Below, in pieces: positions 39,432-47,725 of a stretch of DNA of 64,000 nucleotides. Positions within the stretch are counted from its first letter, which is position 1. Each line of letters opens with the position of its first letter. This DNA is from an uncultured Planctomycetales bacterium (lineage in GTDB: Bacteria > Planctomycetota > Phycisphaerae > UBA1845 > Fen-1342). Made by a program: the position numbers and the translations under genes. The notes beneath the pieces are model-generated. The model did not search any database and had not been told where the DNA came from. It saw only the letters and a list, made by a program, of their open reading frames with translations. The stretch spans positions 9,244 to 73,243 of the forward strand of contig CAYXIO010000010.1 in NCBI GenBank assembly GCA_964465125.1, written 5' to 3'.

Positions 39432-42005
39432 TTAGCCCGCTGGTGTCTTGGTGTTCCGGGCGCTCCGGGTCGCCTGGCGCGTGCCTTTTCGTGCGCGGCA
39501 CAGCGCGATGGTCGAGATCGTCTTCACCCCCGCCAGCAGCAACGCCGTGCTCGCCAGGCCGAACACCGGCACCAGCAACACGCCGCACACCAGCGCCCCC
39601 AGGCACGCCCCCGCGTGGTCGGCCCCGACGATCACGCCCGCCGCGGCCCCCGCCCCCGGCGTCAGCGCCAGTTGGGCGCGACCGGCCAACGCGAACGCCG
39701 CCCCACCCAGCAACCCGGTCAGGACGACCAGCCCCGAGATGGTCACTTCGACGATCGTCAGCGCGGCGGCGGCGGTCTGCAAGCCTGCCAGCCACCGCAG
39801 GATGTACGGCACGGCGAACGCCAGCCCGGCGAGCAGCACGTCAAGCAGCGCAAGCCGCGTGAAGTGGCTGCGTCTTTCACCCCCGGCGCGGGGCACGAGC
39901 GCACAGCCGAGCACCAGCCCGCCCATGAACAACGCCACGATCCACCCGATGCGCTGGTAGACGAAGCCGTAGAGGTTCTGGAACGCGAAGAGCCAGAGGA
40001 TGCTGAGCGCCATCGTCGCAAACCCCGTGCTCGCCACGGAGTACAGCAGTGCGCCGCGGGCCCACCCGGTTGCCGCGCCGTGGCGCAGACGCGGCAGCAC
40101 GAGCGTAAGCAGTGCCACGACGCCGATGCTCAGGGCCACGTCGCGCACGCGCAGCGAACTCAGCCACGCGACCACCTGCGTCCGTCCGGTCGCCGCTTCC
40201 CACAACGCCAGCCGCTGCATCAGCAGCGTCGAACGCCAGTCTGAATGAACGCTCGGTGTGTCCGCGGCGTCGAGTTCCGCGCGACGTGCCGCCACCTTGT
40301 CCGGCGTGAGCCAGTCCGTCGCCCCCGCGAACCAGGCCGGATCGAAAAGCGGGGCCGTGATCGCGCGGCGTCCGTAGCGGGCCGCCAACTCATCCGGGGC
40401 GGTGGTCAGCAACCCCGGCCGCGTTGCGGCGAAGATGTACGCTGGATCGCCCCAACTCACCAGAACTTCGGGAAACGCCGTCCGCAGCGTGGCCCGCAGC
40501 GTGCCCAGGTACCCGCGGGCCGCAGGCGTTAGATTGGTCGGTGTGGCCGCGGCGGTCAGGCAGACGACCGCGTCCGCCGTCAGCACACGGCGCAGCTCCG
40601 CGAAGAATTCCGTCGTGTACAGCCGCGCGCGCAGGGCGGTGGTCGGCTCCGGCAGGCGGGCGAGAACGAGATCGAACTGCGCGTGTTGGGTTTTCACGAA
40701 GTAGCGCGCGTCGGCGTGGTGGACCGTGACGCGCGGGTCGGCAAGCGCGGCACGATCCACTTCCGCCAGGAATGGGGCGATCATCTCAAGCTGCCGCGCG
40801 TCGGTCTCGACGTAATCCACGTGTTCCAGCGGGTGCCGCAGGATTTCCGCCAGCAGCCCTTCCGCCCCGCCGCCGATGAGCAGGACCCGCCGCGGCTGCG
40901 GGTGTTCGCACAGCCAGAAGTGCGCCAGCGGGACGTAGGTGTACGGATCGGGGAAGTCCGCGGCGACGTGTCCGTCGCAGTACAGCGTGTACTGCCCGGC
41001 CCGCCGGCCGACGGCGAGGTTTTGGTACTTCGACTCGGCGGTCGCGACCAGCTCGTAGCCGGGCGCGGTGTGGCGCCAGCGCAGCTCGAGCAGGCGTTGC
41101 TCGATGGTCCGCCCGGCGGCGGCAGCGCAGGCGAAACCCAGCAGCGCGACCGCGACCAAAGTGCGTGCGACGCCGCTTCTTGCCGCTAGCGGCACGCAGG
41201 CCGCCGCCGTCAGCACGCCGCACAGCGCGACGAGCTGGGTGGGCGGAAATCGCTCGACGGCCCAGAAGCTGAACGCCGCCCCGCCGACCAGGCTGCCGAG
41301 CGCTTCGAGGGCGTACACCTGCCCCAGCGCGAGCGCCGCACTCGCGCCCTCGTGGCGGCCCGCACCCCGCGCGGCCGCGGCGGACGCGATCGGCCGCTGT
41401 CCATTGGGCCTTTCGTCGCGTGCGTTGCACAGACTGATAGTCTGTGCTCCACCAGATGCGTCGCGCAGACTGATAGTCTGTGCTCCACCGGATGCGTCGC
41501 ACAGACTGATAGTCTGTGCTCCACTCCGAGGGAACTTGCCCCTTTGAATGGCGCACGCCAACGGAAACGCCACCCCCACGAGCATCCCCACCGGTGTCAC
41601 CAGCACGGCGCCGGCTAACGCGACGCGCGGCAGAGGGAGCAGTTCTCCCGGTCCGACGCCCAGCCAGGCCCGCGCCCCGCGAAACGCACACAACTCGACG
41701 CCGGCGACGACGGGTAGCGCCAGCAAGACCGCGCTCAGCAGGGCCACGGCCTTTCCTTGCACGCGCTCCGCCACCCGGCCGCCGGCGGCGCCGCCCAGCG
41801 CCACCCCCGCCAGCCAGGCACACAGCACCAACCCCCACGCAAACTCGCTACCGTACAGCAGCACGGTTGCCTCGCGCAGCAGCAGCGCTTGCAGCACCAG
41901 CGCTTGAATCCCCCAGACAATGACAACCGCCGCCAGCCACAGACACGCCGCCCGACCGCCGGACTTCGCGTCCGACGGGCTGTAGTCCTCAACCGCGGGC
42001 GGCAT
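39432..42005 (-). CDS. Fused polytopic membrane / spermidine-synthase-like (SpeE-fold) protein
   Basis: N- and C-terminal multi-TM blocks flank VLLIGGGAEGLLAEILRHPLEHVDYVETDARQLE...DPRVTVHHADARYFV...FDLVLARLPEP. It contains an in-frame 3 x 36-bp family B array. Confidence 0.7.
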   Translation of the reverse strand: MPPAVEDYSPSDAKSGGRAACLWLAAVVIVWGIQALVLQALLLREATVLLYGSEFAWGLVLCAWLAGVALGGAAGGRVAERVQGKAVALLSAVLLALPVVAGVELCAFRGARAWLGVGPGELLPLPRVALAGAVLVTPVGMLVGVAFPLACAIQRGKFPRSGAQTISLCDASGGAQTISLRDASGGAQTISLCNARDERPNGQRPIASAAAARGAGRHEGASAALALGQVYALEALGSLVGGAAFSFWAVERFPPTQLVALCGVLTAAACVPLAARSGVARTLVAVALLGFACAAAAGRTIEQRLLELRWRHTAPGYELVATAESKYQNLAVGRRAGQYTLYCDGHVAADFPDPYTYVPLAHFWLCEHPQPRRVLLIGGGAEGLLAEILRHPLEHVDYVETDARQLEMIAPFLAEVDRAALADPRVTVHHADARYFVKTQHAQFDLVLARLPEPTTALRARLYTTEFFAELRRVLTADAVVCLTAAATPTNLTPAARGYLGTLRATLRTAFPEVLVSWGDPAYIFAATRPGLLTTAPDELAARYGRRAITAPLFDPAWFAGATDWLTPDKVAARRAELDAADTPSVHSDWRSTLLMQRLALWEAATGRTQVVAWLSSLRVRDVALSIGVVALLTLVLPRLRHGAATGWARGALLYSVASTGFATMALSILWLFAFQNLYGFVYQRIGWIVALFMGGLVLGCALVPRAGGERRSHFTRLALLDVLLAGLAFAVPYILRWLAGLQTAAAALTIVEVTISGLVVLTGLLGGAAFALAGRAQLALTPGAGAAAGVIVGADHAGACLGALVCGVLLVPVFGLASTALLLAGVKTISTIALCRARKGTRQATRSARNTKTPAG
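41424..41527. repeat. Three tandem 36-bp units of the family B palindrome inside the CDS
   Basis: Units start at 41427, 41463 and 41499 (gc[ag]cagactgatagtctgtgctccac...). They are translated as GAQTISLCDASG / GAQTISLRDASG / GAQTISLCNARD. Confidence 0.9.
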
Positions 42006-42067
42006 GGCACGGTCTCCGGTTCGGCGACTGGGCGGTATGATAGCGGGGTCTACGAGGCAGGCGACGT

Positions 42068-42790
42068 ATGCCCACCTTCTTCGCACGCCGGTACTTTCGG
42101 CCGGTCGCGGCGGTCAGCCGCACCGAGCAAGCTGTCGGTGCCTTCATTCTGCTGCTGCTGGCGGTCATTTTCGGCGGCATGGCGTGGCACGTGCGCTCGG
42201 ACCGTGACGACCCGTTTGCCCCCGTGCTCGTCGGCGAACCCGCCCGCGCCTGGCAGTTTCCGGAGCTGCCGGGCTGGCAGCCGCCCGAAGCCGCGGAACA
42301 CTACGCCTCGGATGAGCTGTACCTGAAGATCAACGGTCGGGCGGAGTTTTACCTTCAACATCAGGTCACGGGCCTGGTCTTTGGGACATATACCCATGTG
42401 CTGAACCCGGACCGGACGATCGATGTCTACTGCTACACGATGCGCACAGCGGAGGCCGCCCGTGCCGCGTACGAGGCGGAGAAACCCGCGGACGGCATCG
42501 CTCTTGACAGCGACGCCACGGGTTATACATCGGCGGGTGCCGTGTTTGCCTGCGTCGCCGCACACTACCTTCAGGTGTTGCCCGCCCGCGAAGCCGCGGA
42601 GGACGCCGCCGCCGCACGCGACTTGATGGTCCGCCTGTCTGCCGCGGTGCTGAATGGATGTGCGCGAATGGGGGGCGCCTGTCCGAGCCGCGAGCGCAAG
42701 CTCGCGGACATACTGGCGACCGCTCGCGCGGTCGGCTCGGATCTGCGCGGCCGAATCGCGCACGGTGCTTTAGGTCTTGGCCAGCCGTGA
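42068..42790 (+). CDS. Membrane-anchored protein of unknown function, first gene of the DUF362/polyferredoxin operon
   Basis: N-terminal TM segment AVGAFILLLLAVIFGGMAW. Its last ~40 codons are encoded by family C repeat copy 1. Its stop overlaps the next ATG (GTGATG). Confidence 0.55.
   Translation: MPTFFARRYFRPVAAVSRTEQAVGAFILLLLAVIFGGMAWHVRSDRDDPFAPVLVGEPARAWQFPELPGWQPPEAAEHYASDELYLKINGRAEFYLQHQVTGLVFGTYTHVLNPDRTIDVYCYTMRTAEAARAAYEAEKPADGIALDSDATGYTSAGAVFACVAAHYLQVLPAREAAEDAAAARDLMVRLSAAVLNGCARMGGACPSRERKLADILATARAVGSDLRGRIAHGALGLGQP
42649..42767 (+). repeat. MITE-like 119-nt palindromic element, family C, copy 1
   Basis: gctgaatggatgtgcgcgaatgg...ccgaatcgcgcacggtg. It has internal long inverted symmetry (gtgcgcgaat / attcgcgcac-like ends; gtccgagccgcgagcg / cgctcgcgcggtcggctcgga). 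A second copy is at 60107-60225. Confidence 0.85.
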
Positions 42791-43845
42791 TGTCAACAGC
42801 GCCGGTCTCACGCCGTGAGTTCCTTCGCCGCGGCAGCGGGGCCGTGGCCGCTTCGGCGGCCGCCGCACTGCTGGGCTACTGGCGTCATGATCCGCGGGGC
42901 GACGGCGTTGTGCGCCGGGCGGTCGGCGCCCAGCCGCACACACCGCGTGATTTTTTCGAGACTATAGACTTTCCAGAGTCCAGTCCCCGGCTCAGCGTCG
43001 TGACGGGCCAGGCGGAGCGCATCGAACAAATGGTCCGCGCCGCGGTCGGCGGACTGGACGCACAACTCGGCATGCACCGCTTCGTCCGGGCTGGTGATGT
43101 GGTGCTGATCAAGCCGAATATCGGCTTTGACCGCCCGCCCGCGGTCGGGGCGACGACGCACCCGGAAATCGTCCGAGCAGTCATTCGGCTGGCCCGCGAG
43201 GCCGGCGCCGGGCGAATTCTCGTGACTGATTATCCCATCGAGACGCCGGCGAGTTGTTTCGCGCGCTCGGGCATCGCCGCCGTCGTCGCCGCGGAGCACG
43301 CGACGCTCGTGACGCCGCGCCCGGATGATTTCGCCCCGCTGAGCGGCAGCGTGCTGGACGGCTGGCCGGTGTTCTGGCCGCAGCTGGCGGCGGCGACGAA
43401 GCTCATTGGAATCGCTCCGGTTAAAGACCATAACCTGTGTAGTGGCTCGATGGTCCTCAAGAACTGGTACGGCCTGCTGGGCGGGCGGCGCAACCAGTTG
43501 CACCAGAAGATCCATGAGGTTATCAGTGATCTCGCGGTGAACTTCAGCCCGACGCTCGTCCTCGCCGACGCCACGCGGGTCATGCTGCGCAGCGGACCCA
43601 CCGGCGGGCGCCTGTCCGACGTCCGGCCGGGCGGCGAGCTGGGTCGGCCCGCGGTCGTTGCCGCGGTCGACCCCGTGGCGTGCGACGCCTGGTGCTACCG
43701 TCATTGTCTGGGCCGTGATCCGGCCCAGTTGTCCTACCTGGAGCTGGCCGCGCGCCAGATCGCGGCGCAGGGTCGGCGCCGCTTCGGTGTCGCCACCTGG
43801 GAAACGTACGCCCGGCGCGGGCAAATCGTGCAAACGACCATCTGA
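42790..43845 (+). CDS. TAT-signal DUF362-domain protein
   Basis: MSTAPVSRREFLRRGSGAVAASAAAALLG (twin-arginine signal). VLIKPNIGFDRPPAVGATTHPEIVRAVIRLAREAGAGRILVTD is typical of DUF362. Confidence 0.7.
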   Translation: MSTAPVSRREFLRRGSGAVAASAAAALLGYWRHDPRGDGVVRRAVGAQPHTPRDFFETIDFPESSPRLSVVTGQAERIEQMVRAAVGGLDAQLGMHRFVRAGDVVLIKPNIGFDRPPAVGATTHPEIVRAVIRLAREAGAGRILVTDYPIETPASCFARSGIAAVVAAEHATLVTPRPDDFAPLSGSVLDGWPVFWPQLAAATKLIGIAPVKDHNLCSGSMVLKNWYGLLGGRRNQLHQKIHEVISDLAVNFSPTLVLADATRVMLRSGPTGGRLSDVRPGGELGRPAVVAAVDPVACDAWCYRHCLGRDPAQLSYLELAARQIAAQGRRRFGVATWETYARRGQIVQTTI

Positions 43846-43850
43846 GTGGT

Positions 43851-45488
43851 ATGACTACGGAGTTGCCCCAGTCTCAGGCCCCGCGCAGCGAGCGCTTCCA
43901 CCAGTCGTGGCGCCACGGACTGCGGATTTCATCCATCCGTGTCGTGGCCCAGGTAAGCACCTTGGTCCTGTTCGTCGGCTTCGTACTGCTGACCTCGCTG
44001 GCGCAACTGGAGCGCCGGCCCGCGTTGCGGCACTGGGTGAGCAAGTTCCTGGACAGCGACCCGCTCGTGGCCTTGGCGACGGCGTTCAGCACGCACACGG
44101 TCTACAAGGGTCTCCTGTGGTCTCTGGTGATCGTCATCCCGACTTTCTTCCTTGGCCGCTTCTTCTGCAACTGGATGTGCCCGTTTGGAAGTCTGCACCA
44201 TTTCGTGGGCTGGCTGCTGGGAACCCGGCGCCGCGGCACGGCGTTACCGCACGAGGCGAATTACTACAGTGCGCGGCAGCGCATCAAGTATGGAATAGTA
44301 ATCGCGCTGCTGGCGGCGGCGGCGCCTGGAAGTCTACAGATCGGCCTCCTGGACCCCATTTGTCTGATCTATCGCTCGCTCAGCACGGCAGTCTGGTCGC
44401 TTGGTGGCGTCGGTCTGCCGGCCGTCTTTGACGAACCGCGTCTACACCAGGGGGCGTGGCTGATCGGGACGCTCCTCGTCGTCTTCTTGCTATTGAACAT
44501 CACCTACCCGCGCTTCTTCTGTCGGGTGTTGTGTCCATTGGGGGCCTTGCTGGGAATCCTGAGCCGCTGGGCCTGGTGGCGCATCGAACGCAACCCCGCT
44601 ACGTGTACCGGCTGCAACCGCTGCCTGCTGCACTGCGAAGGCGCCTGCGATCCGCACCAGAAGCTGCGCGAAGCGGAGTGTTTCGTCTGCTTTAACTGCA
44701 TCGAGGAATGCCCCGAAGGCGCATTGCGTTTCGCGTTTCTGCCACGGCGCGAAGAAGAGGTCGCCGGGCCGGACCTCACCCGGCGCAAGCTGGTGTTCGC
44801 GGGTACCGCCGGGGCCCTGTTCTATCCGCTCGTCCGCGCGACCGGCCGCGCCACACGGGACTTCTCCAGCGCCGCCATTCGCCCGCCGGGCGCGGTTGAG
44901 GAACTGGAATTCCTGGAGCGTTGCGTCAAGTGTGCCCAGTGCATCCGCGTCTGCCCGACCAACGTGCTCCAACCCGCGTGGTTTGAAGCGGGGCTCGAAG
45001 GACTGTGGTCCCCCGTGCTCAATTTCCGCATCGGCTATTGCCAGCACCAGTGCGTCGCGTGCGGGCACGTGTGCCCCACCGGCGCCATCGAGCGGCTTTC
45101 GCCCGCCCGCAAGCTGGGACTGGCCGAGTCCGCCGCGGACGGCCCGATCCGCCTGGGGACCGCCCACCTCGACGTCAACCGCTGCCTGCCGTACAGCGCC
45201 GGCGTGCCCTGCCGCGTGTGTGAGGAGGTCTGCCCGACCAGCCCGAAAGCGATCCGGGCGGTGCGCTGGGCGCCCCCCGCCCTGGCGGACTCGAAGAAGT
45301 CGGACGCTGATATCACGGTTCCAGTGGTGGACATCGATCTGTGCATCGGCTGCGGCATCTGCGAGTACGCCTGCCCGGTCGTCGGCGATCGGCGGGCGAT
45401 TTACGTCACCGCGGAAGGCGAGTCTCGTTCGCGAAACCACCCCGACCCCGACCGCAACCGCGCGGTGCGGCTCGGGTTGCCGCCCTGA
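43851..45488 (+). CDS. Membrane-bound polyferredoxin (NapH/MauN-like N-terminus plus multiple 4Fe-4S domains)
   Basis: TM segments with CNWMCPFG and CRVLCPLG motifs. Then CTGCNRCLLHC, CFVCFNCIEECP, CVKCAQCIRVCP, CVACGHVCP, CRVCEEVCP, CIGCGICEYACP. Confidence 0.85.
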   Translation: MTTELPQSQAPRSERFHQSWRHGLRISSIRVVAQVSTLVLFVGFVLLTSLAQLERRPALRHWVSKFLDSDPLVALATAFSTHTVYKGLLWSLVIVIPTFFLGRFFCNWMCPFGSLHHFVGWLLGTRRRGTALPHEANYYSARQRIKYGIVIALLAAAAPGSLQIGLLDPICLIYRSLSTAVWSLGGVGLPAVFDEPRLHQGAWLIGTLLVVFLLLNITYPRFFCRVLCPLGALLGILSRWAWWRIERNPATCTGCNRCLLHCEGACDPHQKLREAECFVCFNCIEECPEGALRFAFLPRREEEVAGPDLTRRKLVFAGTAGALFYPLVRATGRATRDFSSAAIRPPGAVEELEFLERCVKCAQCIRVCPTNVLQPAWFEAGLEGLWSPVLNFRIGYCQHQCVACGHVCPTGAIERLSPARKLGLAESAADGPIRLGTAHLDVNRCLPYSAGVPCRVCEEVCPTSPKAIRAVRWAPPALADSKKSDADITVPVVDIDLCIGCGICEYACPVVGDRRAIYVTAEGESRSRNHPDPDRNRAVRLGLPP

Positions 45489-45613
45489 CGCCGGTGCCAA
45501 CGCCCGCACGCCCGGCGTGTCTGTGCTGACGATGGCCAATAATGCCAAGCGACCGGCGAATACCGCCCCAGAGACGCCCTGCGCCCCGCGCGGGCCAACG
45601 AGAGGAGAACCAC

Positions 45614-46549
45614 ATGCGACGGCTGACCATTCTGCTTGCAACGACCGCCCTGCTCATCCCCGCCGGCTGCGGCCAGCTCGTGCGGGCGACCCGCGATTTC
45701 GAGTTCAACCAGCCCTGGACCGACTACAAACGCGTCGAGGTTGAGCTGCGCAACGGGAACGTCGAGCTGCGTTCGGCGGACGTGCCTGACATCCGCATTT
45801 CCGGCCGTAAGTACGTTAGTGGCATGACGTTAGCGGAAGCTGAGGACAACCTGTCCAAGATCGAGGTCCGCGCCGCCGCCCGCGATGATCAGGCCGGCAC
45901 CTTCCGCGTCGAACTCTCGTATCCAGAGGAACTTCGCTACAAGAACGTCGGGGCGGAGGTCGTGATCCAGGTGCCGCAGCCCTGCGCGGCGAACGTGCAG
46001 ACCACCAACGGCCGGATTCGAGTGGAGCGGCTGGCGGGCGACGTGCAACTGGAGACTACCAACGGCCGGATCGTCGCCGCCGACGTGCAGGGGCCGGTCA
46101 AGGCCGAGACCTCGAACGGTCGCATCGAGGCCCGCGACATCGCCGGCGATCTGACCGCCGCGACGAGCAACGGCAGTATCGTGGCACGGACGGTGCAGGG
46201 GCGCTGCGACCTGGGCACGTCGAACGGCAGTGTGCAGGCGGAGGACGTGCAGGGCGAAGTCGCGGCCAAGACCTCCAACGGCAGCATCCGGGCGAGTGCC
46301 ACGCCGCCGCCCAACGGCAAGGTGGACCTGCGCACCAGCAACGGCTCGATCCACGCGACGCTGCCCGCCGCGCTCGCCGCCGAGTACGACCTCTCGACGA
46401 CCAACGGCCGCGTCAACGTGTCCCTCGGCGAGGCGATGATGAAGCTGATTGAGACCAGCCGGCGACGCTTCCACGCGACCGTCAACGGCGGCGGCGGTAC
46501 CGTGTTTGCGCAGACGTCGAACGGGTCGATTGCGGTGGATGGGAAATAG
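45614..46549 (+). CDS. DUF4097-type beta-repeat lipoprotein
   Basis: GAGGAG precedes the ATG. Lipobox LIPAGC. Repeated T[ST]NG[RS]I units about every 20 aa. Confidence 0.75.
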   Translation: MRRLTILLATTALLIPAGCGQLVRATRDFEFNQPWTDYKRVEVELRNGNVELRSADVPDIRISGRKYVSGMTLAEAEDNLSKIEVRAAARDDQAGTFRVELSYPEELRYKNVGAEVVIQVPQPCAANVQTTNGRIRVERLAGDVQLETTNGRIVAADVQGPVKAETSNGRIEARDIAGDLTAATSNGSIVARTVQGRCDLGTSNGSVQAEDVQGEVAAKTSNGSIRASATPPPNGKVDLRTSNGSIHATLPAALAAEYDLSTTNGRVNVSLGEAMMKLIETSRRRFHATVNGGGGTVFAQTSNGSIAVDGK

Positions 46550-46631
46550 CGGCCGCGCGAGGCGCGGGCCGCTGCGCGGCGCCGCCGGGGCGGCTTGGTC
46601 GCCCGGCTGGTGATACAATTCCGGCTCTGCT

Positions 46632-47639
46632 ATGCCAACCGGGAAGGCCATCGCCATCGTCGGTGCCACGGGCGCCGTGGGACAGGAGTTCTGCACGGTA
46701 CTCCGCGAGCGGCGGTTCCCCGTCGCCACGGTGCGCCTGTTCGCCTCAGCCCGTTCGGCCGGGCAGACGGTTGGCGGGCCGCTTGGACTTGCGCTCGTCG
46801 AGGAGCTGACGGCGGACTCGTTCAGCGACATCAACCTCGCGCTGTTTTCCGCCGGCGCGGCCGTCAGCCGCGAGTACGCACCGCGGGCCGTGCGGGCCGG
46901 GGCGGTTGTGATCGACAACTCGTCGGCCTTCCGTTCGGACCCGGCGGTGCCGCTCGTCGTCCCGGAGATCAACCCGCAGGACGCCCGGCGGCATCACGGC
47001 ATCATCGCCAACCCGAACTGCTCGGCGATCATCATGCTGGTCGCGCTCTGGCCGCTGCACCGGCGCTGGCGCGTCCGCCGCGTTGTGGTGAGCACGTATC
47101 AGGCGGCGAGCGGCGCGGGGGCGCGGGCGCTGGCGGAATTGGAGAGCCAGTCGCGGGCGGTGCTCGCGGGTCAGGCGGTCCGGCCGGAGGTCTTCCCCGT
47201 ACCGTGCGCGTTCAACGTGTTCAGCCACAACAGCCCGGTCGGCCCCGACGGCTACAACGGCGAAGAGTCCAAGATCATCGCGGAAACCCGCAAGATCCTC
47301 GGCGATGACGCCATCCAGGTCGCGCCGACGTGCATGCGTGTGCCCGTGCTGCGGGCGCACACCGAGGCGCTGAGCGTCGAATTCGCGGAGCCTATCGAGG
47401 TGGACGCGGCCCGCGCCGCGCTCGCCGCGGCGCCGGGCGTGCGGGTCGTTGACGATCCGGCCCGCAATCACTTCCCGACGCCGCTCGAAGCCGCGGGTGG
47501 CGACGACGTGCTCGTGGGCCGTCTGCGGCACGACCCCAGCGTGCCGGACGGCCGCGGCATGCAGCTCATCTGCGCGGGCGACCAGCTCCGCAAAGGCGCG
47601 GCGTTGAACGCGGTGCAGATCGCAGAGCTGCTGCCGTGA
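46632..47639 (+). CDS. asd: Aspartate-semialdehyde dehydrogenase
   Basis: IAIVGATGAVGQEF, active-site NPNCSAIIM, SGAGARAL, MRVPVLRAHTEAL. Confidence 0.92.
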   Translation: MPTGKAIAIVGATGAVGQEFCTVLRERRFPVATVRLFASARSAGQTVGGPLGLALVEELTADSFSDINLALFSAGAAVSREYAPRAVRAGAVVIDNSSAFRSDPAVPLVVPEINPQDARRHHGIIANPNCSAIIMLVALWPLHRRWRVRRVVVSTYQAASGAGARALAELESQSRAVLAGQAVRPEVFPVPCAFNVFSHNSPVGPDGYNGEESKIIAETRKILGDDAIQVAPTCMRVPVLRAHTEALSVEFAEPIEVDAARAALAAAPGVRVVDDPARNHFPTPLEAAGGDDVLVGRLRHDPSVPDGRGMQLICAGDQLRKGAALNAVQIAELLP

Positions 47640-47649
47640 CGGCGCTCGC

Positions 47650-47715
47650 GGGGAGCATGGGCCTCCGGCCCGTGCGTGGAGCGCGATTCGCACGGGCCAG
47701 AGGCCCATGCTCCCC
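47650..47715. terminator. Long perfect-type hairpin formed by an inverted pair of family A repeats; candidate bidirectional terminator
   Basis: Arms ggggagcatgggcctccggcccgtgcg (47650-47676) and cgcacgggccagaggcccatgctcccc (47689-47715). It lies between the convergent asd and the 47726 gene. There is no U-tract, so function is inferred only from position. Confidence 0.5.
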
Positions 47716-47725
47716 GTGCGTCTGC

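Noticed and set aside
41424-41527. CRISPR-like regular repeats
   Set aside because: The units are directly abutting 36-nt tandem copies with no unique spacers. They lie inside an intact CDS, and no cas genes are in the window.
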